Origin: an uncultured Parachlamydiaceae bacterium
Lineage (GTDB): Bacteria > Chlamydiota > Chlamydiia > Chlamydiales > Parachlamydiaceae
Assembly (NCBI GenBank): GCA_963752155.1
Contig: CAVVXH010000010.1
Coordinates: forward strand, 256,001-320,000
Direction of reading: 5' to 3'
Length of the DNA: 64,000 bases
How positions within the stretch are numbered: the first letter of the stretch is position 1; every line of letters begins with the position of its first letter. Of the stretch, positions 40,139 to 50,325 are shown one piece after another. The notes below the pieces were generated by a model. That model saw nothing but the letters and a program-made list of their open reading frames with translations, was not told the origin of the DNA and did not search any database. The position numbers and the translations under genes were made by a program.

Positions 40139-41224
40139 ATGATCCCTTTTATAAAAATCTGGGAAAGATATTTTCTGAAAGAAACGTTAAAAACTTTTTT
40201 TCTTTTTTTAATTTGTTTTTATGGCCTTTACATCCTGATTGATTATACAAATCATGGTAGGAGCTTCCACAAGGATGGATCTTCTTTTTGGCAAGTGTTT
40301 TGTATGTATTATCTTTGTGAATTTGTCAATCGGAGTGAAGTGTTAGTTCCTTTTGCCATTATTTTGGGAACGACTCGTACTTTGTGCAAATTGAATGATA
40401 ACAATGAGCTTGTTGCTCTGATGGCGAGTGGTGTTAGAGCAACGAGGCTTTTACGTCCATTTTTAGCATTGGGAATATTTTTTACTGTTTTGATGTATGT
40501 GAACGTTGAGTATGTCCTACCTGCTGCAGCTAAGGAGCTGAATTATTTTGATACAATGGATGCAAAGCAAAAGAAGCATAAATTTGTACCTATCTCTGTA
40601 AAAAATATTATTTTAGAAGATAATTCTACGTTGCTTTTTCAGAGTTATGATCCTATAGAGAACTTTTTTTTCGATGCCTACTGGGTGCGTTCTATTGATG
40701 AAATCTATAAAATCAAGCATTTGTACCTCCATGAAAAGGCACCTATAGGGCATTTTGTTGATCGTTTGATGCGCAATGAGCAGGATGAACTTGTAGTGTT
40801 TGAATCGCATGATTTAACAATGCTTCCTAATCTGAAGTTCGATGCAAAGAGATTAAGAGAAACTTTAGTGCAGCCTGAAGATCAGGCTTTGTCTACTCTT
40901 TGGAAGGAGATTTCTGAAAGTCCTGAAGCTCAGAGTGAAAAGGAGGCTAGAATGCATTCGACATTTCATCGTAAGTTAGCTATTCCGTGGTTGTGTTTAT
41001 TGGCAGTATTGGTTCCTGCACCATTTTGCATGTGGTTTTCCCGTCAATTTCCTGTTTTTTTGATTTATGCATTGAGTTTATTTGGTTTAATTGGAATTTA
41101 TATCATTATCGATGCAGCGCATGTGCTGGGTCGTAGGCAGGTTCTAGACCCTTTTTATGCGTTGTGGACTCCATTTGTATTTTTCTTTTTGATTTTTGGT
41201 TGGCGGTTTGTGAGGTTGCGATAA
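40139..41224 (+). CDS. lptG: LptF/LptG-family LPS export permease
   Basis: WERYFLKE, NELVALMASGV..RLLRP and HRKLAIPW motifs. Confidence 0.78.
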   Translation: MIPFIKIWERYFLKETLKTFFLFLICFYGLYILIDYTNHGRSFHKDGSSFWQVFCMYYLCEFVNRSEVLVPFAIILGTTRTLCKLNDNNELVALMASGVRATRLLRPFLALGIFFTVLMYVNVEYVLPAAAKELNYFDTMDAKQKKHKFVPISVKNIILEDNSTLLFQSYDPIENFFFDAYWVRSIDEIYKIKHLYLHEKAPIGHFVDRLMRNEQDELVVFESHDLTMLPNLKFDAKRLRETLVQPEDQALSTLWKEISESPEAQSEKEARMHSTFHRKLAIPWLCLLAVLVPAPFCMWFSRQFPVFLIYALSLFGLIGIYIIIDAAHVLGRRQVLDPFYALWTPFVFFFLIFGWRFVRLR

Positions 41225-41288
41225 TTTTTCAATCTTTTGTTTTTTTGCTTGTTGATAAATCGTTTTTTTTGCTAAGATGATTTTTCAA

Positions 41289-41371
41289 GCGAAAGTGGCG
41301 GAATGGTATACGCGCTACCTTGAGGTGGTAGTGGGAGTAATCCCGTGGGGGTTCGAGTCCCCCCTTTCGCA
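41289..41371 (+). tRNA. tRNA-Leu(GAG)
   Basis: Acceptor GCGAAAG/CTTTCGC+A; D-loop GGAATGGTA; anticodon arm CTACC-TTGAGGT-GGTAG; long variable arm; T-loop GTTCGAGT. Confidence 0.95.
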
Positions 41372-41530
41372 CATTATCGATTTCTGTTAGAAATGGCAAG
41401 GGTTCTGTTTTTTAAAGTTCCTTAATCAGATGTATGAAAAGAAACTTAGAGTCTCTATAGGGTTGGCCGCACGGTGAATAACCCTTTTGTTTCAGGGCCT
41501 CGTTCTTCAGAGAAAAAATAGCTAGACCGC

Positions 41531-41803
41531 TTAAAAAAGTTCGGAGTGAGAACCTAATCTTTCGACTACTAGTTTTTTGTTTTCCATATCAATCCAATAT
41601 ATCAATAATACATCCGGTCTGATGTGACACTCGCGCATGCCGACGTACCCACCAGAAAGAGAATGGTTACGGTATTTTTCAGGAAGTGCCTTTCCCTCTA
41701 TTAGCAATTTTAAAACGTCATTTAATTCACGCAGAATTGAGGTTTGATGTTGATATTTTTTTAAATCTTTTTTAAATCTTGTGACATATTTAATTGAGAG
41801 CAC
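41531..41803 (-). CDS. yafQ: YafQ-family mRNA interferase toxin
   Basis: FKKDLKK, YRNHSLSG, RECHIRPDVLLIY and RLGSHSELF motifs. Confidence 0.92.
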   Translation of the reverse strand: MLSIKYVTRFKKDLKKYQHQTSILRELNDVLKLLIEGKALPEKYRNHSLSGGYVGMRECHIRPDVLLIYWIDMENKKLVVERLGSHSELF

Positions 41804-42062
41804 TAGGTTCTACTCCCATCTGTTTCCAAAAGTCTTCTAAACTTTCACAATCGACGCCACCACCATTTAAAGCTTCCTCGTGAGCCTGAAGAGTTGCCTT
41901 ATTAGGCTTTTTGGGGAAGTCAGCTCTTAAATAGGTTAAAATAAGTTCACTAAGATTCAAATGAGCTTTTGCTGCCAACATTTTAATATAAGCTCTCTCA
42001 TCAGCAGTGCACTCTATTGTGACTTTGACTTTATCGTGGTGGGCATGAGAATGAGCGCCCAT
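41790..42062 (-). CDS. Cognate antitoxin (RelB/DinJ-like position)
   Basis: Overlaps the toxin start; PNKATLQA..E and SLEDFWK C-terminal motifs; GGAGG RBS. Confidence 0.8.
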   Translation of the reverse strand: MGAHSHAHHDKVKVTIECTADERAYIKMLAAKAHLNLSELILTYLRADFPKKPNKATLQAHEEALNGGGVDCESLEDFWKQMGVEPSALN

Positions 42063-42176
42063 ATGTACCTCCTCTGATTATATCCTTATTTTATAATTTA
42101 CCATGATTTTTGTAAAGAACAAGATCCTGGGATTCCGTGGAATAATAGAATTAAATTAGCTCCTTTCTCAATAATT

Positions 42177-43322
42177 TTATTTTGCACGTTCAAGAGTTTG
42201 AGACAAATCGTCCAAGAGATCTTGAGAGTCTTCAATCCCTACTGAAAATCGAAGAATCCCATCGCTGAGCCCAATTTTATGTCTTTCTTCAGACGGAATG
42301 GAAGCATGCGTCATTGTAGCAGGATGACAAACAAGCGATTCCACCCCACCTAAACTCTCTGCTAATGCAAAAAGCGAAAACGAAGAGGCTAGGTCTATTG
42401 TTGATTCTAATGAAAGATTGAATTCAGCTGAAATCATACCCCCAAAACCTTTCATTTGCTCCTTAGCAATGGCATGACTTGGATGATTTTCCAATCCTGG
42501 ATAATAGACTTTTTTAACCAAAGGGTGTCTTTCTAAAAATACCGCTATTTCCATAGCATTTCGAGCATGTTGTTGCATACGTAATGCTAGAGTTTTTAGT
42601 CCACGAGTGATTAACCAAGCATCAAAGGGGCTTGGATTCACTCCAATGGCTTTACGCATGAAATCCATTTGTTCTTTAATTGAAGCAGAGTTTGTCATGA
42701 TAACACCTCCGATGACATCAGAATGTCCTCCAATGTATTTTGTGGTGCTATGCCAGACGATGTCTGCGCCGTATTCCAAGGGGTTTTGAAAATATGGAGT
42801 TGCGAGGGTGTTATCGACAATTGTCAATACTTCATGCTGTTTTGCGATATTGACACAAGCTTCAATATCGACATTATTTAAAAGAGGGTTTGTGGGTGTT
42901 TCAAACAAAAGCCATTTTGGTTTTTTGGTTAACGCTGATTTTAAATCAGAGATTTGGTTTAGTTTAAGTGATTCAAAATGTATTCCAAAGCGGTTAAAGA
43001 CATTATTGAACAGGCGATAGGTGCCTCCATATAGACCTTCGAGGGCTAGTACATGGTCGCCTTGAGAAAGCATACCAGTCATTCCTGTAAGTGCACCAAG
43101 GCCAGAAGAAAATACCGTGGCGTGCTTCGCGCCTTCTAAAGTAGCCAGTGTTTTTTCTAAGATGGTAAAATTTGGATTACCTGCTCGAGTGTAGTCATAA
43201 CCGTGCGATTCTCCGGGAGCATCTTGTAAGTATGTTGACGTCATGTAGATTGGGGGCATGATGGAGCGGTTTTCTGCATCCGGTTCATAGCCGGCATGAA
43301 TGGCTTTGGTGGCGAATTTCAT
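42177..43322 (-). CDS. Cystathionine gamma-lyase/synthase (PLP)
   Basis: YTRAGNPN, ETPTNP, VDNT, HSTTKYIGGHSD and AESLGGVESL motifs. Confidence 0.92.
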   Translation of the reverse strand: MKFATKAIHAGYEPDAENRSIMPPIYMTSTYLQDAPGESHGYDYTRAGNPNFTILEKTLATLEGAKHATVFSSGLGALTGMTGMLSQGDHVLALEGLYGGTYRLFNNVFNRFGIHFESLKLNQISDLKSALTKKPKWLLFETPTNPLLNNVDIEACVNIAKQHEVLTIVDNTLATPYFQNPLEYGADIVWHSTTKYIGGHSDVIGGVIMTNSASIKEQMDFMRKAIGVNPSPFDAWLITRGLKTLALRMQQHARNAMEIAVFLERHPLVKKVYYPGLENHPSHAIAKEQMKGFGGMISAEFNLSLESTIDLASSFSLFALAESLGGVESLVCHPATMTHASIPSEERHKIGLSDGILRFSVGIEDSQDLLDDLSQTLERAK

Positions 43323-43386
43323 ATTTTTTTTTATCCTAATTTGTAACAGTAGCTTTGTCTAAGAGATTATTTATGTCAAGTGCTGA

Positions 43387-43552
43387 GCAAGGACAGCAAG
43401 CAAGGACAGCAAGGACGGCAAGGACAGCAAGGACGACAAGGACAGCAAGGACGACAAGGACAGCAACACCATAAAATGTTATTGGAGATACTCTCTAATT
43501 GTCCTTGTCTTGTCGTCCTTGCTGTCCTTGTCGTCCTTGCTGACGTCCTTGC
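43387..43552. repeat. Empty inverted 9-mer array pair, CAAGGAC family (copy 2)
   Basis: (RCAAGGACR)x~8, ~35-bp spacer, reverse complement x~5. Confidence 0.92.
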
Positions 43553-43619
43553 AATAAACTAATGGTTATGCTATTATGGCCACATAAAACGACAAGCATA
43601 ACATAAAGGCTAAATATTA

Positions 43620-44324
43620 ATGCAAGTTCATCAACAACATTATCCAGAATGGATAAGGATAAATACCCGTTATAATCGTCAACCTGACTGGGAAAAACTT
43701 CCTGCAGAGATAATAAGACTCATTTTTAGTCATTTAAGTTCAAAAAATAGAGAAAATTATAATTTAAGAGAAATCTGCACATCTTGGAGAGATAACTTAA
43801 ATGTTATCGATGTGAGGAGTGTAAAGGAATTATTTAACTTCGGTGGTGAAAATGATTGCAATTCAAATATACTTGTAGAGACTTTCTTCTCTTATTGCAT
43901 AAGTTCTAGGGACGCCAGGAAAGCTTATCGAAATTTTCGTATTGTTGTTAATTTAATTGGTGGATGGGAAAAGTTCCGTAGTCTTCCGGAAATCCAAATT
44001 AATTTAAACAAAAATGATATTTTTGATACTCTGCAAAAAATGAAAATATCTGAATTGATTCAAAGCATAATTAGGGTTAAGATGCCAGATAATCGACCAG
44101 GAATTATATTTAAGCATTTTAATGCTGTTAGTAAAGATGTTCAAATTGGTGTATTGACCATATATTCAAATTCAAATATTTCCGATTGGTATTTAGCTTT
44201 TAATGATCAAAGGGGCATACCAATACCTCCTATGGATTTAGAAAAATTAAGTGATAAGGTTTGTGATGTCGAAAATCCTATACCAATTTTAAGAGATATT
44301 TTTGTTAAGGGTCACATTAAATAA
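43620..44324 (+). CDS. F-box-like domain protein (putative host-directed effector)
   Basis: WEKLPAEIIRLIFSHLS...LREICTSWR matches the F-box consensus. Confidence 0.75.
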   Translation: MQVHQQHYPEWIRINTRYNRQPDWEKLPAEIIRLIFSHLSSKNRENYNLREICTSWRDNLNVIDVRSVKELFNFGGENDCNSNILVETFFSYCISSRDARKAYRNFRIVVNLIGGWEKFRSLPEIQINLNKNDIFDTLQKMKISELIQSIIRVKMPDNRPGIIFKHFNAVSKDVQIGVLTIYSNSNISDWYLAFNDQRGIPIPPMDLEKLSDKVCDVENPIPILRDIFVKGHIK

Positions 44325-46537
44325 TGTGACAAGTCAGTGTTTTTAACAAGCATGACTTTAGAGTCGGTTTTTGCTTGAATACTTGCAGATCGATGTCCTT
44401 TTTCAAATAAGGCCATTTGTCCAAAAGACATTCCAGGTTTAAGCGTATTTAAAAGATAGGTGATATTTGTAATTTTATCTGTGTGATAGGCTGCGACAGT
44501 TCCGGAAATAAGAATATATACATATTCTGCATTTTCATCTTCATGAAAAATAAATTCATTTTTTGCATATTCTTTGTATTCAGAAAGATGAATAATTTCG
44601 TATATATCAGCAGAGGATAGGTGATAAAAGTAAGGGCTCGATTTAAAAGCACTTTCTATTGAAATTTGTTCTTCTGACTTATTTTCTTTATCATTTAATT
44701 CATATCCAATAGAAATTATCAATGGATTTTGTGAGGGGAGAAAATAATTTAATAAAAATTTAATTTTTTCTTCAGAAAATTCAGCAATCTCCTTGTCGAT
44801 AGGACTTTTCCCTAGTGAGGCATTGTATAGATCTTCAATGACCAGATCTCGGGCTTTCAAAATATAATTTTTTACCATTAACATGGACAGTGGATTTGTA
44901 AAGGGAGAGACCGGATACGACTTTAAAGCAAAAATCCAATATTCACGATCATTTTCTCCATATTTAGGGGGCCTGGAACCCGATGAAATTGAAAGTAATG
45001 GGGGAGATTCCCAACCCTGAATTTTTAAATCTGAAGTCCTCAATTGAACTAATTTATTATCGATGAGCTTCTGAAGAATATTAAAAACATACAATGCTTC
45101 TTGATATTCTTCATTGTTAAATTCATGTATAAATTGAGCTTTGGCATCAACATGGCTTGGATAGACTCGAAAAAGTGTAGGATATCCATGATTGTTGTGA
45201 TTGATGCAGACTAGATTTTTGTTTTTTTCTAGGATCAATTGTAATGTTTTTTTTGAATATAGAATATTAGCTAATAAAACTTGGAATCCTTTTATTCCTA
45301 AGCTTTTAATGCTTGCCCAAGCGGCCATGGCTCCCGCCCCTGAACGAGATGTTTCTAAACTAAATAGAAAAGGGTTAAAATCTGTTTGAGTAGATATATA
45401 GGACGGTTTTTCTTTTCCTAAAAATGTTGTCAATTGATTTTTATCTTTAACTATAAATAGGCTGCTTATAGCTGGAGTAAAACCTGATTTATGAAAATCA
45501 AATCCTGCAGCATCGGCGACCTCTATAGGTTGGATTTTTTTTAAATTATGATAGATAAAGTCGAGGATGTCTGTAGGAATTCCCATAGGATTCGTTCCAA
45601 AATCATATTGAGAAAATGTCAACCAAATCCAACCAATCACTGAATCGGCATAAAGCCAAGGGGACGGGGCTCCGTTGCTATTTTCATATTGATCGAGCAA
45701 CTGACGCATTTCTAGAATGGGATCGAAGGCATTGAAATCTGTAGTTCCCATGGTGGCGATAACCAGAGCAATTGGACGATTTTCAGATTTGCATTTTTTA
45801 AGCACTTGTTCAAAATGTCTTAAGGAGAGTGAAGCTTGATCATCTATATCAATTTCTATCAATTGATTGGTTCCAAGGCCAATCCAATTGGCACAAGTTT
45901 TAATCGAATAGTGAGCTACTTTTGAGGCCAGTATAACGCTTCGTTGATCGATCCCCTCCGATCGACTCTTATTTCCGCAAATTCTTGTTAAAGCCAGTTT
46001 CATTGCATAGAGGCAACATCCAGTGCCTCCGAAAGTAAAGACTCCTCCAGCCGCTGCTGGGTTCCATTTCATGAGTGAGGCAAGCATCGCAATTGTTTCG
46101 AGCTCTGCGCGCGCTGTGTTTGTGGCGTATTCTCCGGCAGCATAATTGGGTGAGACGATGTTGGTGAGAAGTCCAGCGATAAGTGAGGCTGAAGTCACCG
46201 AAGGGTTGACGTTATTCATTGCGCAGGGATGGGTCCAAATAGGCATTCCTTGCAGCAGTGTAAGGAGTTGATCTACAACTTCAGTAAGAGTTTGTCCTTC
46301 TTCAGGGAATTTAACTTCGTTGCAATTTGAATAGTCTATTTTTCGTTCAGGTCCTAAAAAAAATCTCCAATATTCGGAATTTTCAAAAACACTTTTTGGT
46401 CTTAATTGATTAAAATGGTGTAATGCATCGTAGACTTCTTTTTCAAATCGTTCATTTTCTTTTTCTTTATTCCAAGGAAAGGGGAATTTATTTTTTAATT
46501 TATTCCAATAATTTATGAAGTTTTTTTGCGGATTCAT
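44312..46537 (-). CDS. Group II PLP-dependent decarboxylase fused to a C-terminal cyclic-nucleotide-binding domain
   Basis: FTFGGT, AHYS, TMGTT..AFDP and FDFHK (PLP Lys); C-terminal YILISGTV..GMSFGQMALF..RSASIQA; likely start MNPQK after AGGA. Confidence 0.82.
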   Translation of the reverse strand: MNPQKNFINYWNKLKNKFPFPWNKEKENERFEKEVYDALHHFNQLRPKSVFENSEYWRFFLGPERKIDYSNCNEVKFPEEGQTLTEVVDQLLTLLQGMPIWTHPCAMNNVNPSVTSASLIAGLLTNIVSPNYAAGEYATNTARAELETIAMLASLMKWNPAAAGGVFTFGGTGCCLYAMKLALTRICGNKSRSEGIDQRSVILASKVAHYSIKTCANWIGLGTNQLIEIDIDDQASLSLRHFEQVLKKCKSENRPIALVIATMGTTDFNAFDPILEMRQLLDQYENSNGAPSPWLYADSVIGWIWLTFSQYDFGTNPMGIPTDILDFIYHNLKKIQPIEVADAAGFDFHKSGFTPAISSLFIVKDKNQLTTFLGKEKPSYISTQTDFNPFLFSLETSRSGAGAMAAWASIKSLGIKGFQVLLANILYSKKTLQLILEKNKNLVCINHNNHGYPTLFRVYPSHVDAKAQFIHEFNNEEYQEALYVFNILQKLIDNKLVQLRTSDLKIQGWESPPLLSISSGSRPPKYGENDREYWIFALKSYPVSPFTNPLSMLMVKNYILKARDLVIEDLYNASLGKSPIDKEIAEFSEEKIKFLLNYFLPSQNPLIISIGYELNDKENKSEEQISIESAFKSSPYFYHLSSADIYEIIHLSEYKEYAKNEFIFHEDENAEYVYILISGTVAAYHTDKITNITYLLNTLKPGMSFGQMALFEKGHRSASIQAKTDSKVMLVKNTDLSHYLM

Positions 46538-46551
46538 TGTTTTCCTGGTAT

Positions 46552-46717
46552 CAGACCACATGACCCCTATACGTAGGCGGAGGATTTCAAATGAGACCAA
46601 GATGCAGTGATTAGCGACGAGGTATTAGCCTAAGCTATTGCCGAGGAGCTAAGCGCTGCAGATTGGTCTCATTTGAAATCCTTACGCCACGTATAGGGGT
46701 CATGTGGTCTGGGTATA
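46552..46717. repeat. ~165-bp palindromic element
   Basis: Arms CAGACCACATGACCCCTATACGT..GGATTTCAAATGAGACCAA and its reverse complement; right end GGGTATA. Confidence 0.85.
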
Positions 46718-46830
46718 TAACTTTTCTTCATAGCTAATTTGAATTTTTATGTAAATAAAAGTTGTCTTTGTCGTCTCCTAAATAACAAATTTTTAAAGAT
46801 TTACCCAACTGAAAGAAGTGTTGTTTTTGT

Positions 46831-46966
46831 AGCCTTGTTCACTTCTTCGCTCAATTATTCCTCCTCTGTGTTCTCTGTGATCTCTGTGGTAGATTTTTTT
46901 TTACCACAGAGATCACAGAGGAGGAATAATTGAGCGAAAGTTTCTCGTGTACAGGTGAACATAGCC
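46831..46966. mobile_element. 136-bp MITE with internal CACAGAG(A) inverted repeats (copy 2, inverted)
   Basis: Ends AGCCTTGTTCAC / GTGAACATAGCC; perfect 8-bp TSD GTTTTTGT at 46823-46830 and 46967-46974. Confidence 0.9.
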
Positions 46967-46999
46967 GTTTTTGTAACCTCATTTCAGGCAAATGGATGA

Positions 47000-49018
<2,019 letters not shown>

Positions 49019-49057
49019 TTATTTTTAGATGAAGTATGTCGGGAAAATGTTATGATG

Positions 49058-50224
49058 TCAATAAGTGACTTTAGTAGCAATTGGTGCATGATCACTAACA
49101 TTGGTTTTAATGTTGTTTAATGTAATATTTGGTACATCAATGTTAGTGATTTCTGTAGAAATACTTTTCTTGCTTTTGACACCAATCCAATCGATTCGAG
49201 TGTCTAAGATCTGATAGGGACTTGTACAGGTTGCATATAGGTGATTTCTATAGTCGATGCGGTAGCCGGCATTTTTCAGTAGACTTAATCGTGGATGTAA
49301 TGCCGTGACATTACCATCCATCCCTATGATCATGATATCGGCGTCAAGGGCCTCAGCTTGTTCAATCAGAGTTTGTAATTCCTCATCCCCCTTAGCAGAA
49401 TCCATCTTTCCGTTAGGCATAACTTCTTGCCGATAGGGATTTGAGCCACTAAGATGGCAAGAAGAAACGGCAATTGTTTTTTGAGTCTCTTGGTCTAATA
49501 AAAGCACACAATATCCTCGTCCAGCAATTTCTCCTAAAGATTGAATGAGTTGAAAACGTTTTTTATTCCATGCAATCCCATTAATAGAATGGCTTGTTTT
49601 GCTAAATTCGCTTTGATATTCTTCAGGAAAGTCGACGTCTTTTAAATAATCTGCCTCTTGAAAACAGATAATATCCATTTTTAATTCATTACGTAACATA
49701 TTCTCGGCCATGATTTGGCGGACTTTTGTTATACGTGTGAGGATTGTACCTTGAGTGTGTCCAAGAATTTCCAGGAGATGTTTCATGACTGTTTGGAAGA
49801 CTTTTGGATCGTAAATGATGACCGGTCTGACATTATGAGGGGAGATCATTGATTCAACTTTTTGATACCAAATCGCATTTGGACTGCCGGTTTTTTCTGG
49901 AGAGGCTGTAATCTCTTCCATGATCTGTTGATAATTTTTCTGTTCCCATTCTTCCTTTGCTAAATTTACTTCTTGAAGATCTTCAGAAAATAAAATTTTT
50001 AATGCCAGCTTCTGAATTTTTTGATTTAATTCTATAGTTTCCGCATCGTTCTCATACCGTTCATTCATCAATTCAGCCATTGTAGCAGCGCGTTGATAGT
50101 CATAGTGGCTTGTAAGGCCTCCTCCGTTGAATGAAGCAACAGTAAATTCTGTAGCGTTGAGTATCGGGAATACAAAAGCGCACAAAAAAACTATAAATTT
50201 ATATAAGTTCATGCTAGACCTCAC
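49058..50224 (-). CDS. Secreted endonuclease/exonuclease/phosphatase (EEP) family protein
   Basis: Signal peptide; VASFN, DIICFQE, MDGN, RIDWI and SDHAPI motifs. Confidence 0.8.
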   Translation of the reverse strand: MRSSMNLYKFIVFLCAFVFPILNATEFTVASFNGGGLTSHYDYQRAATMAELMNERYENDAETIELNQKIQKLALKILFSEDLQEVNLAKEEWEQKNYQQIMEEITASPEKTGSPNAIWYQKVESMISPHNVRPVIIYDPKVFQTVMKHLLEILGHTQGTILTRITKVRQIMAENMLRNELKMDIICFQEADYLKDVDFPEEYQSEFSKTSHSINGIAWNKKRFQLIQSLGEIAGRGYCVLLLDQETQKTIAVSSCHLSGSNPYRQEVMPNGKMDSAKGDEELQTLIEQAEALDADIMIIGMDGNVTALHPRLSLLKNAGYRIDYRNHLYATCTSPYQILDTRIDWIGVKSKKSISTEITNIDVPNITLNNIKTNVSDHAPIATKVTY

Positions 50225-50325
50225 GTACCTTCTGTTAATTATTATTAAAAAATATCCTTAACCATTGTAAGCTTAGGGGTATTAAATGTCAATTTTAACA
50301 GATCACATTTTAACGGACAACGAAC

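Noticed and set aside
43380..43562. GQQGRQ-repeat ORF
   Set aside because: Read-through of the CAAGGAC inverted array.
41289..46966. Integrated island at tRNA-Leu
   Set aside because: No integrase and no duplicated tRNA 3' end found; includes an ordinary metabolic gene.
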